The notes under the pieces are model-generated. The model was not told the origin of the DNA. It worked only from the letters and a program-made list of their open reading frames with translations, and made no database searches. DNA of 48,445 nucleotides from a virus (Duplodnaviria > Heunggongvirae > Uroviricota > Caudoviricetes). The DNA is taken from the IMG/VR virus record IMGVR_UViG_2571042005_000001, positions 1-48,445 of that record, one strand, 5' to 3'. Position 1 is the stretch's first letter. Each line of letters begins with the position of its first letter. Shown here piece after piece: positions 17,016 through 25,467 of the stretch. The position numbers and the translations under genes are program-made.

Positions 17016-18233
17016 TCAGATCAGTGCAGCGGAACGGAAGCGACCATCAATGCGGGCATGCTCGGTGATGAACTTCAGGGCCACCCGAGCGGTCTCGGAC
17101 AGGTCCGCCACTGGGACTGAGCGCACGAAATACTCTGGGGAGTCAGCGAAGGTGAATTCGTACCGGGTGCCCACGAGGGTCTTCCCGTCGTCTTGGAGGC
17201 GCAGGCTGATGCGGTCCCAGTAGTGCAGGGAAGTGGTCTCCCAGAGGATCTGGTCGTCGGGCTGGGTTTTGCCTTCCGTGCGGATTTCAGCAAACAGCAC
17301 TTTCAGGTTCCGACTGAACTGCACTTGCTGCTGTTCGGCTGCACGCTGGGCTTCCTGACGGTCCAGGACCTGCTGGGTTTCCTCTGGGGTGGCTTCGCGG
17401 TAGTAAGCGAAACGCACGTATTCCCCTTCATGCCCGAGGAATTGGTGTCCGTACATGCTGGGGGTGCTTTCGTCGCTGCGCCACACCTTACCGAGCTCGT
17501 AGTACACCACGGCTTTGCCGTTCACCAGCACAGGGGTGTCCAGAGGGGGTGTTTCGCGGGTGAGGTACAGGTGGCGGGGGTTGGGGGCTTTGCGCTCAGT
17601 GGTGGGTGCAGGGGTGGTCACTCTGGGTGCGCTGGCCTGCTGTGCTTTGCTGGCCAGTTCGGTGACCATGCGCTGGGCGAAGCCGGTGATGCCCACCAGG
17701 CGTTTTTGTTGCGCGGGGGTGCCGTAAGCCTGCACGCCTTTCTGGAGTTCCTCGGAAGGCAGGGTGCCTTTCTTGGCTTGGATGTAAGCCCGGTCGAGCA
17801 GGTCTTCGAGTTTGGCTTGCTCGACGGCACGGGTGGCTTTGTCGGCACGGTCAGCGGCGGCAGCTTTGGCTTTGCGGGTCGCTTGGCCTTTCAAGGCGGC
17901 TTCCGTTCCAGCGAACTCAGGCAGGGTTTCTGCGATGGGTTTGCTGGCCAGTGCGGTGTAGGTGCTGGCGAGGGGGCTGTTCTTGATTTGCCCGAGCGCC
18001 TGGTGAAGGTGACCGCTGAGGTCGCTGCGTCCGTTCACGGGCTGGATGAACACGGTGTTTTTGCCGCTGGCGCTGAGTTTGGTGACGCCCATTTCGATGC
18101 CGAGGTTCATGACGTGGGCGATCAGGGCAACGGTGGCTCTGGTGCGGTGGTGGGGCAGTCCGGTTTTGGCGGTACTGGCTTTGATGGCGGCTTCGGTTTC
18201 GGTGAGGCTGAAGGCGTAAATTTGGCTGTTCAT
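17016..18233 (-). CDS. Hypothetical protein, 405 aa (family B cassette)
   Basis: Starts MNSQI directly after a full family B element. Confidence 0.8.
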   Translation of the reverse strand: MNSQIYAFSLTETEAAIKASTAKTGLPHHRTRATVALIAHVMNLGIEMGVTKLSASGKNTVFIQPVNGRSDLSGHLHQALGQIKNSPLASTYTALASKPIAETLPEFAGTEAALKGQATRKAKAAAADRADKATRAVEQAKLEDLLDRAYIQAKKGTLPSEELQKGVQAYGTPAQQKRLVGITGFAQRMVTELASKAQQASAPRVTTPAPTTERKAPNPRHLYLTRETPPLDTPVLVNGKAVVYYELGKVWRSDESTPSMYGHQFLGHEGEYVRFAYYREATPEETQQVLDRQEAQRAAEQQQVQFSRNLKVLFAEIRTEGKTQPDDQILWETTSLHYWDRISLRLQDDGKTLVGTRYEFTFADSPEYFVRSVPVADLSETARVALKFITEHARIDGRFRSAALI

Positions 18234-18285
18234 GTCTGTCCTCCTACGCAAATCATTATAGACTATTTTTAAAGAATTGTATATA
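18220..18285 (-). promoter_or_regulatory. Family B promoter plus start module
   Basis: TATACA-17-TATAAT-GATTTGCGTAGGAGGACAGACATGAACAGCCAAAT. Confidence 0.9.
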
Positions 18286-18288
18286 GAC

Positions 18289-18924
18289 TCATTCCCATGA
18301 TGGGCTGTAATCAAGCCCCTTGAACAGCTCCTTGAGGCCCTTCTGCTGCTTGAAACGCAGCACCTCATCCGCATCCATCCCGAATTCCCTCGCCACCTGG
18401 TCATCCGACCAGCCCAGCTGCAAAGCCTGCGCCACAATCTCCATCATCGGCACAATCCCATGCTCACCTCTGGCCCGGTTGTGCCGGATGGTGGCCGCCA
18501 TGCGGTCCGACAACCCCTGCTGCCCAGAGCGGATCCGGGTGACCGGCAGGTAACCATGCGTGGACTGCAGAACCCGCTTACTGGTCTGCCCGACCTGGCT
18601 GCGGTGGTACCCATCCACCACCTCAAAGCCGCCATCCTCGGGAAACCCCACAATCGGCTGGGTGAAACCGTCCGCTTCAATGGAGCGCTCCAGCAGCACC
18701 ATCTCAGGTCGGGCCACCTTGTTGGGGTTGTAGGCATTCGCCTGCACCCGGTCGGGCTCCACCCACACCACCAGGTCCACCGGATGGTCCCGGAATGGGC
18801 TCACTTCGTGCAGGAGTTCCCGCACGGCATTCAGTTTCTGGACTTGCTCATCCAGAGGGAGGGCAGAGATCATCTCGGCGAGCGCTCTGGCTTGCTGCAA
18901 AATCGGATCATCAAAAAGCGTCAT
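18289..18924 (-). CDS. IbrB/YbdM-like ParB/Sulfiredoxin domain protein
   Basis: PVDLVVWV, NAYNPN, DGFTQPIV, VVDGYHR, ATIRHNRARG.H motifs. Confidence 0.85.
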   Translation of the reverse strand: MTLFDDPILQQARALAEMISALPLDEQVQKLNAVRELLHEVSPFRDHPVDLVVWVEPDRVQANAYNPNKVARPEMVLLERSIEADGFTQPIVGFPEDGGFEVVDGYHRSQVGQTSKRVLQSTHGYLPVTRIRSGQQGLSDRMAATIRHNRARGEHGIVPMMEIVAQALQLGWSDDQVAREFGMDADEVLRFKQQKGLKELFKGLDYSPSWE

Positions 18925-18934
18925 AAGCACCCCA

Positions 18935-18965
18935 CAAAAAAGGCAGGCCTGCCAGAAGCAGGCCC
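18935..18965 (-). terminator. Terminator-like hairpin upstream of the ibrB-like gene
   Basis: GGCCTGC-TTCTG-GCAGGCC then TGCCTTTTTT on the minus strand. Confidence 0.5.
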
Positions 18966-18974
18966 ACCAGAGAA

Positions 18975-19529
18975 TCAAGCGCTGAGGTCCAGCACCCGCA
19001 CGACTTCCAGCATGCCCTTGCCGGGCTGGCTGACCATTCTGACGGTCTGTCCGACCACGCCTTCACCGACCGGCACCTTGAGCGGCTGCACCACGCTGGC
19101 TCCACGCAGGGTGCGTCCGGAGAGGAAGCCCTCATTGATCTGGTCCACGGTGATCACCTCCACGAAGGTTTTCTCTCGGGCAGCCCGGAAGGCTTCCAGC
19201 AGGGTTTTGTACTGGCTGCGCAGCACGCTGACGCTGCCTTTGCATTGGTCTTGGAAGAGCATCAGGGTCTCGGCGGTGAACTGCTCGATCTCTTGGAATC
19301 GCACGGTCACCAGCAGTTCCCCGGAGCGGGTGAGCTTGCGGGCTTCCTGCATGATCGCGCCTGCGATCACGTAATGCAGGTCGGCGGGGTGCAGGCTTGC
19401 TGCATGGTCGATGATGGTGTCCAGAGCGACCTCCAGGGGGTTGAAGGTCATGGGGATGGCTTTGGGGTTCTGGTGGGTGGTGGCGAAACTGGCGAGGGTG
19501 GCTGCGAGCATCATGGTTTGGCTGGTCAT
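18975..19529 (-). CDS. Hypothetical protein (family B start module)
   Basis: Starts MTSQ after AGGAGGACAGAC. Confidence 0.75.
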   Translation of the reverse strand: MTSQTMMLAATLASFATTHQNPKAIPMTFNPLEVALDTIIDHAASLHPADLHYVIAGAIMQEARKLTRSGELLVTVRFQEIEQFTAETLMLFQDQCKGSVSVLRSQYKTLLEAFRAAREKTFVEVITVDQINEGFLSGRTLRGASVVQPLKVPVGEGVVGQTVRMVSQPGKGMLEVVRVLDLSA

Positions 19530-19546
19530 GTCTGTCCTCCTGAGGT

Positions 19547-19873
19547 TCAGAATTCACTGGGGTTGGCTTGGAACATGGCAACTTCCCGCAGGTAATCACC
19601 AATGGTGTTTTCGATGGCGGTCAAACCATCAGGGTCCACTGCATGAATGCCGTCCGGGCGGAGGTGCTGGATGCTGAAGTGGATTTCTCCATTTTCAATC
19701 CAGCAGGGCTGGCTGGTCTGCCATGCGAGGCGACGCTGCAGGTTCCATCGGGAGGAGTTCTTGGCTTCCCGTTGGGCTTCAAACCACTGGTGCAGGGCGA
19801 GTTGCTCGGGGGTGAGGATCACCCGGTAGCTGCTGCTGAGGGGCTGGGTGTTGAGACTGATCTGGCTGTTCAT
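19547..19873 (-). CDS. Hypothetical protein (family B cassette)
   Basis: Starts MNSQI after a full element. Confidence 0.75.
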   Translation of the reverse strand: MNSQISLNTQPLSSSYRVILTPEQLALHQWFEAQREAKNSSRWNLQRRLAWQTSQPCWIENGEIHFSIQHLRPDGIHAVDPDGLTAIENTIGDYLREVAMFQANPSEF

Positions 19874-19925
19874 GTCTGTCCTCCTATGCAAATTATTATA
19901 GACTATTTTTTAAAAATTGTATATA
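19860..19925 (-). promoter_or_regulatory. Family B promoter plus start module
   Basis: TATACA-17-TATAAT-AATTTGCATAGGAGGACAGACATGAACAGCCAGAT. Confidence 0.9.
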
Positions 19926-19977
19926 AGTGATGTTGTGATTTTGTATGGCATTGCACCCCAAAACGCTTCTCCTGCCC

Positions 19978-20448
19978 TCACAAAAGAGGCACACCCTGCA
20001 CCATCAACAGCTCGTACAGAGGGAAAGACCCGCGCTTGCCAGCCAGAGAGAAACCCTCCTGCTCAAACGTCCGCACGGTCGCAGGAACCGCCAGCCCCTG
20101 CACCTGCTCCAACCCGATGGCTCTGGCGTGCTCCAGACGGGCCCGGAAAAGCGCACGGTGCACCCCATACCTCCGGTAAAGCCTGCACACGAAAGCATGG
20201 GTCAACCACCCTTTTTTCTTCCCGAGGTCTTGCAGGCTGCCAACGCCCACCACGCAGCAATCATGGATGGCCACCGCCCAAGTGTGATCAGGGCTGTCCG
20301 TGAACGGCTCACCCAGCTCCTGCACGATCACCTTGTTGGCAAACAAACGGCCCATGCGTGCATAAAATTCATCGCCGCTCTGGGCACTGCTGTCCAGGTA
20401 AATGTCGATGTCCCCGAGAGGGGTTTTCAGCGTCTTAATGTGTTTCAT
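19978..20448 (-). CDS. GNAT family N-acetyltransferase
   Basis: LTHAFVCRLYRRYGVHRALF (motif A-like) and RTFEQEGF; AAGGAG RBS. Confidence 0.75.
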   Translation of the reverse strand: MKHIKTLKTPLGDIDIYLDSSAQSGDEFYARMGRLFANKVIVQELGEPFTDSPDHTWAVAIHDCCVVGVGSLQDLGKKKGWLTHAFVCRLYRRYGVHRALFRARLEHARAIGLEQVQGLAVPATVRTFEQEGFSLAGKRGSFPLYELLMVQGVPLL

Positions 20449-20697
20449 GGCGTCTCCTTGTCGTCCTGGTGCCGATATGGTGATTCCCATATCGGGATTT
20501 TGCTGTGTTGGATTCGAAGCGGGAATTCCCGTTTCGGGCCTTGATGCACCCAGAGGATTGATGGCTCTGGTCACCCAACTTTGGGCGAAAAATTCCAACG
20601 GAATACTACAGTGGTCACTCGTGTTGCAATCGAGAATGCCGTCCAGCAAAAAAATGGCCTTTTTGAAACGGGTGCAGTTTTCTGGTCAGGCCATGGG

Positions 20698-21903
20698 TCA
20701 CAACGACTGGTATTTCTCTTTCAAGGCCTGGAATTTTTCTTGCTCGCGTTTGTTCACACTGAAACTCAGGCGTTTGCAGAAGTAATCGTTTTGCAGCAGG
20801 GTGATGGCCACGTTCCGCCACGACCCGGCTTTTTTGCTTTTCTCCATCTCCGGAGTGGAGATGTCTTTCAGGTCCTCCCAGTTTTTGTGCTTCTGGAACC
20901 ATTTGATGAACACCTGGATTCGGCGTTCATAGTGATCCCGGAGCGCTGGGGGCATGCTGCCCAGCAAGGTCAGGGCATAGTCCTTCCATGTGTCGTATCC
21001 GGCTGGGAGTTCGTGCTCCAGTCGCCCGAGCATGGCGGTGTCGCCGTACATTTTGCCGAAGTTGGCCCCGCTGACCCGTTTGACGAGCTTCTGCCAGGTG
21101 TCGGGTTCCAGCAGGTGGTAGGTGTCGAGGTGCTTTCTGGCCTCCTCGCTGAACGGCTCATCGATGCGCATGTCGTGCAGGCTCATGCCTGAGAGGTACA
21201 TCAGGTCGTAAATGCGGTTGTGTGGCACGTCATGATCCCCGTGGTACGTCCAGATGTCATTGACCTCCCAGTCGTAAATCGGGTAGAAGTTCCAGCCGCC
21301 TTTGATGCGCGTGCTCCACTTCCAGCCTTCGAAGTTCTGCTTTTCGCGCTTTACGGCACGGAACCGGTTGAGGCTCTCGGAGGCCCGCAGCCCAATCAGG
21401 CTGGCCACCTCACCCCCTCGGGTTTCACTGAGATGCTGGAAGAACGCTGGGATGAACTCCTCGAAGGTCATGCCGTGCCGGTAGAACGGGAAAACGCTCG
21501 GGTCGCTGATCACCCCTGGAAGGTCGGGGATGTCCCGCACCCACACGTCCCGCTTCTCGGGGTCCCAGCTGGTCCACATGGGTTCGTGGAAGCTGGTGGC
21601 GTTGTTGGTGCTGAGCGGCAGGCACACCCAGAGGGGGTTCACGCCTGGGAGTTGCATCATCGTTTGCACGTGGTCGATGGTGGCCTGGTACTGGGCTTCC
21701 CAGTCGATGAACAGCACATCAACGGTGCGTCCCCGCTTCTCGGCTTCGGCGAGAGCGAGGTGCAGGAGGACCGTGCTGTCTTTGCCTCCAGAGAACGACA
21801 CGGCGATGTGCTCGAAGTGATCGAACACCTGCGCGATGCGTTCACGGGCAGCGACCAGCACCGACCTCTGGGGGTGGTAGGTTTTACTGGCTGTCTTGCT
21901 CAT
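20698..21903 (-). CDS. IbrA/YbdN-like PAPS-reductase (PP-loop) family protein with DUF3440
   Basis: SFSGGKDS, IGLRASESLNRF, FYPIYDW and RVSGANFG motifs. Confidence 0.88.
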   Translation of the reverse strand: MSKTASKTYHPQRSVLVAARERIAQVFDHFEHIAVSFSGGKDSTVLLHLALAEAEKRGRTVDVLFIDWEAQYQATIDHVQTMMQLPGVNPLWVCLPLSTNNATSFHEPMWTSWDPEKRDVWVRDIPDLPGVISDPSVFPFYRHGMTFEEFIPAFFQHLSETRGGEVASLIGLRASESLNRFRAVKREKQNFEGWKWSTRIKGGWNFYPIYDWEVNDIWTYHGDHDVPHNRIYDLMYLSGMSLHDMRIDEPFSEEARKHLDTYHLLEPDTWQKLVKRVSGANFGKMYGDTAMLGRLEHELPAGYDTWKDYALTLLGSMPPALRDHYERRIQVFIKWFQKHKNWEDLKDISTPEMEKSKKAGSWRNVAITLLQNDYFCKRLSFSVNKREQEKFQALKEKYQSL

Positions 21904-22303
21904 CGTCGGTCGGGGTGGGGAAGAGGTGCATCAAAGCCTGCAGGTAAACCTGCACCTCGGATTCCGCCTCAATGGTGAATTTGGGGAACACCACCGTCAC
22001 AGTGCCAGTGCCAACGATGATGCTTTTGGGTGCGCATTTGAGGCGCACGAGGGTTTTCTGGAGGGCAACCACCGCTTCTTTCGCAGCAAGGCCATCCCGG
22101 TAGGCTTGGCCTCTCTGGGGTGGCTTTTGGTCTTTGTAGATTTGCAGGGTTCGGTCATCCAACCAGAGGCTTCCCACGTGGTTGGTGATGCCTTCCGGAA
22201 CCAGTTTGTGTTCTCTGGCGATGTCCATGGCAGCCCTGGCTTTTTCGGGGTTTTTGGCGGCCCTGGCTTTCTCCAGAATCTCTTTGCGGGATGGCTTGGT
22301 CAT
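21884..22303 (-). CDS. Hypothetical protein
   Basis: AGGAG RBS; overlaps the start of the ibrA-like gene. Confidence 0.65.
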   Translation of the reverse strand: MTKPSRKEILEKARAAKNPEKARAAMDIAREHKLVPEGITNHVGSLWLDDRTLQIYKDQKPPQRGQAYRDGLAAKEAVVALQKTLVRLKCAPKSIIVGTGTVTVVFPKFTIEAESEVQVYLQALMHLFPTPTDDEQDSQ

Positions 22304-22355
22304 GGGGGTCTCCTGTGTGGGTGAAGGGACCAGCATCGCTGGTCCCTTTGCGGTC

Positions 22356-22985
22356 TCAGATGGCGATCTGGAAGTCTTGCTTCAGTTGCATGAAGACGTA
22401 CTCGTTGGCCAAGTGGCCGTTGAAGTACAGGTTGGCGGCTTCGTCAAAGGTGATGTCGATGCGGTAAACGACGAATTTGAAGGCTGAGTCGTCTTTCAGG
22501 AACACATCGAAGAAGCCTTCGCCGTCTTTGGGGGCCGGAAGGGCGTTGACGTTGTGGCCTTTGAAGTGCAGGTGAGCGTAGAGCACGCCGTTTTCGTCGA
22601 TGTCCATATTGAAGCCGCTGATGGTTTCGCTGTTTTTCAGGAAGGCTTCGGCTTTCATGCGCACCAGTCGGGTGAACACGTCGCTGGTGACCGTGACGGT
22701 CAGGGTGCCGAGAATGTCGCTGATGTCTTGCAGGGACAGGCGGGTCATGTAGGGGGAAGGGTTTTGCTGGATGGTATACAGAATTTGCTCTTGCAGGACC
22801 TGAATTTCTTTCTGCTTGTGTTCGGGCAGTTGGCCGTCTTTGAGCACCAGGCCAACCATGTCCAGGGCGGTTTGCAGGTGGTGGGTGCCAGCGCGGGTGA
22901 GCATGTTCTCGAATTCGATCACGTCACCGTAGGTGTTGAGGGCTTTGAGGGTTTGTTGTGCGAGTTGGATGATTTGGCTGTTCAT
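22356..22985 (-). CDS. Hypothetical protein (family B cassette)
   Basis: Starts MNSQI after a full element. Confidence 0.75.
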   Translation of the reverse strand: MNSQIIQLAQQTLKALNTYGDVIEFENMLTRAGTHHLQTALDMVGLVLKDGQLPEHKQKEIQVLQEQILYTIQQNPSPYMTRLSLQDISDILGTLTVTVTSDVFTRLVRMKAEAFLKNSETISGFNMDIDENGVLYAHLHFKGHNVNALPAPKDGEGFFDVFLKDDSAFKFVVYRIDITFDEAANLYFNGHLANEYVFMQLKQDFQIAI

Positions 22986-23037
22986 GTCTGTCCTCCTATG
23001 CAAATCATTATAGACTATTTTTAAAGAATTGTATATA
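22972..23037 (-). promoter_or_regulatory. Family B promoter plus start module
   Basis: TATACA-17-TATAAT-GATTTGCATAGGAGGACAGACATGAACAGCCAAAT, beginning 1 nt after the SNF2 stop codon. Confidence 0.9.
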
Positions 23038-23038
23038 G

Positions 23039-24499
23039 CTAGAGTTTGCGGAGTTCCTTGATCAGCCCAGAGCGCCCCTGCGCACTTCCCAACTTCCTCT
23101 GGAAGGTGCGCATCAAATTCTCCTTGCGGGACAGCGCCTCGTGGATCCGCTCATCCATCGAATCCCGGCACACCAAATCAAAATACGTCACCTCCCGACC
23201 CTGCCCGATCCGGTGAATACGGTCCTCACCCTGCAACCTGACCCGGTACGGAAAATCATGGTCGTAAAACACCGCAAAAGCACACTCATTGAGCGTCAAA
23301 CCCCGACCGCCGCACCTCGGACTGGCCACCAAAACCCCACCCGGGGTGTCCCGCCACCCCTGCAGGTTCTGCATGCGCCGCTCCAGAGGCAGAGCCCCAT
23401 GGAATTCGAACACTTCATGGTCCATGCCGAGGTCCGCGACCATCTGGCGGATGGAGTGATGGAACACCGACCACACCACCACCCGTTCCCCCTCCGGAAC
23501 CTGCCTCAGGACCTGCCGGAGGGTGTTGATGCGATCATGCTCCACGGTGTGCATGCGGTGACCGGAGCGCAGGCCTTTGCGGATTTCGTATTCGGTGGCG
23601 GTGTCATGCCAGTACCCTGAGCAGATTTCCCGGAGGGCCGTGAACAGCTTGAACAAGTGGTGGCTGCGGAAGTTCTCTGCCGGCATGGACAGCAACTCCA
23701 TTTTCGCCTGGTGGTACAGGGTGCGCTGCTCGTGGGTCATCGAAAAATAGTGCGTGCAGTAACGCTTTTTCGGCAAGTCCACGCATTCCTCTTTTTTGAT
23801 CTGGAACACGTAAGGCTGAATCTTCCGGGTGAGCAGGTCGGTGTTCAAATTCTGCACCACCAGCTCGGGATAATCCTTGTGGAACTCTAGGTGGTTCTGG
23901 GAAAAACTGTAGTAACTGTGGTACCCGAGGATTTTCGGGGACAGGAAGTACATCTGGCTGAACAGATCACCGTAACTCTCGCAGGCGGCGGATCCGGTGA
24001 GCAGGAACCGGTAGCGGGCTTTCTTGCCGAGCAGGGTGATGCGCTTCGTGCGGGTCGCAGTGTGCCCTTTGATCAGGTCCCCTTCATCGACCACCACCAG
24101 GGTGTTTTCGGTGATCAGACTGTGGGTGGCCAGAGTGACCCGACTGGACTGGCTGAACGACTCAAGGCCCACCACGTAAAAGTCCGCCTCCGGGATCTTC
24201 CCGACCCTCGTGGACGATGTGAACACGCACACCCTGGGGTTTTTGATGTGCTTGTGGAGTTCCATCTGCACGTTCTGCAGGGTGTTCACCGGGCAGATGT
24301 ACACCACCCGGTCGATTTTCTCCCAGCGGTCTTGGATCATGCCGATCACCGTGCGGGTCTTGCCGGTGCCGGGATCCATGAACAACCCTCCGATCCGCAG
24401 TCTCCCGAGGTGCTCCTGGGCTGCCCGCTGGTGCTGCATGGGGGCGGTGAGGAGTTCGAGGGGGGCTTTAATCGTCGAGGAGGCTGGGATCGACACCAT
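23039..24499 (-). CDS. SNF2-family helicase/ATPase
   Basis: MDPGTGKT, VVDEGD, LLTGS, GGRGLTL and QGEDRIHRIGQ motifs. Confidence 0.9.
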   Translation of the reverse strand: MVSIPASSTIKAPLELLTAPMQHQRAAQEHLGRLRIGGLFMDPGTGKTRTVIGMIQDRWEKIDRVVYICPVNTLQNVQMELHKHIKNPRVCVFTSSTRVGKIPEADFYVVGLESFSQSSRVTLATHSLITENTLVVVDEGDLIKGHTATRTKRITLLGKKARYRFLLTGSAACESYGDLFSQMYFLSPKILGYHSYYSFSQNHLEFHKDYPELVVQNLNTDLLTRKIQPYVFQIKKEECVDLPKKRYCTHYFSMTHEQRTLYHQAKMELLSMPAENFRSHHLFKLFTALREICSGYWHDTATEYEIRKGLRSGHRMHTVEHDRINTLRQVLRQVPEGERVVVWSVFHHSIRQMVADLGMDHEVFEFHGALPLERRMQNLQGWRDTPGGVLVASPRCGGRGLTLNECAFAVFYDHDFPYRVRLQGEDRIHRIGQGREVTYFDLVCRDSMDERIHEALSRKENLMRTFQRKLGSAQGRSGLIKELRKL

Positions 24500-25325
24500 T
24501 CACCTCCTGCTGTGCTTCCAGGTGCTTCCTGGCAGCTTTGGGGCTCTGGACCAGCAGGGCTTGTTCGAGCACCTCCCGGAACTGGTCGGCCACCGCTCTG
24601 GCTGCAGGGCTGAACGAAAAGCCGTGCATTTCCGCGAAGTCCTCCACCTCCAGGTGGTGCTCTGGGGGCACGAGCACCGAACCGTCAGCATATTTTGCTG
24701 CGGTGATCCGCATGGCTTTGTCGTACAAATCTTTGTTTTTCGGCCAGGACAGGGAAAAGTAATTCTTCCGCGGTCCTCTGGTGACCACGGTGACCCGGCA
24801 GGGGTTCTCTGAGTTGAACGCCCCACGGACCACCATGTCCTGCACCCCTGTGTGCCTGAGGCCCACCCGGAAGCCAGCCTGCAGGATGTTGTGTGCGGTG
24901 CTGGCCATCACGTCTGCCTGGCGGTCCATGGGGCAGTCCCGTTCCCACACCCCGAGGGTGCCGTTCCAGGAGAAGTTCAGGCTGGTGATGAGCACCCGGA
25001 AGGGCTCCAGTTTCTCGGGGAAGGACAGCTGGATGGTCGGGCCGGACTGGCTGACCCAGCACACCGTGCGGGTGCGGTGCGGACTGCTTTCCGGGAGGAG
25101 GATGGTGCTGGTTTCAGCCCCGAGCGTGCTGGTGGGGGTGAGGGTCCTGAGGGCCATGCCCATCAGGGCACTGAGCTCCTCAGGGGTGTAGGCGTCAAAT
25201 TTGGCTTGCAGGTCTTCAGGGATGTGCAGGCGGGGTCGCCTGAGCACCCCCTTTTTGGGTTTGCGTCCCCTCGGGTCTTTTTCCGGTCCGCTTTTAAGTT
25301 TTTTCTGGTCCGTTTTTGATTTCAC
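24468..25325 (-). CDS. Hypothetical phage protein
   Basis: 285 aa; basic N-terminus (PRGRKPKK); overlaps the SNF2 start. Confidence 0.75.
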   Translation of the reverse strand: MKSKTDQKKLKSGPEKDPRGRKPKKGVLRRPRLHIPEDLQAKFDAYTPEELSALMGMALRTLTPTSTLGAETSTILLPESSPHRTRTVCWVSQSGPTIQLSFPEKLEPFRVLITSLNFSWNGTLGVWERDCPMDRQADVMASTAHNILQAGFRVGLRHTGVQDMVVRGAFNSENPCRVTVVTRGPRKNYFSLSWPKNKDLYDKAMRITAAKYADGSVLVPPEHHLEVEDFAEMHGFSFSPAARAVADQFREVLEQALLVQSPKAARKHLEAQQEVNGVDPSLLDD

Positions 25326-25388
25326 TGTGCCTGTCCTCGTTTTCCGGGCTTCTCTGGCTGTCCACCCTTCAAGAACATCTTACCCTGA

Positions 25389-25418
25389 ATTGAATTGGAG
25401 TACAATTCAATGTATGCT
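25389..25418 (+). promoter_or_regulatory. Promoter with operator-like palindrome
   Basis: ATTGAATTG-N5-CAATTCAAT (25389-25411) overlapping TTGAAT-17-TATGCT. Confidence 0.6.
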
Positions 25419-25467
25419 GAAAGCACCCCGGCACCAGCCAGAGAACACGCCGGGCAGGAGGACAGAC

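Noticed and set aside
19043-19056. Extra GGACAGAC core inside a coding region
   Set aside because: Only 8 bp match with wrong flanks; compatible with chance
19030-19110. GAF-like VGEGVVG motif in the 18975-19529 protein
   Set aside because: Short motif at the C-terminus with no room for a full GAF fold
20505-20525. tRNA T-loop-like TTCGAATCC on the minus strand
   Set aside because: No T-stem pairing or cloverleaf around it
20500-20560. SAM-I riboswitch-like fragments (ATCAAG, GGCCCG, GAAAC, AATTCC)
   Set aside because: Too compressed; P2 kink-turn, GCAAC and P1 pairing are missing
12797-23003. Upstream start codons giving MHRRTD- or similar N-terminal extensions
   Set aside because: These run through the family B promoter/RBS; the real starts are the ATG of GGAGGACAGACATG
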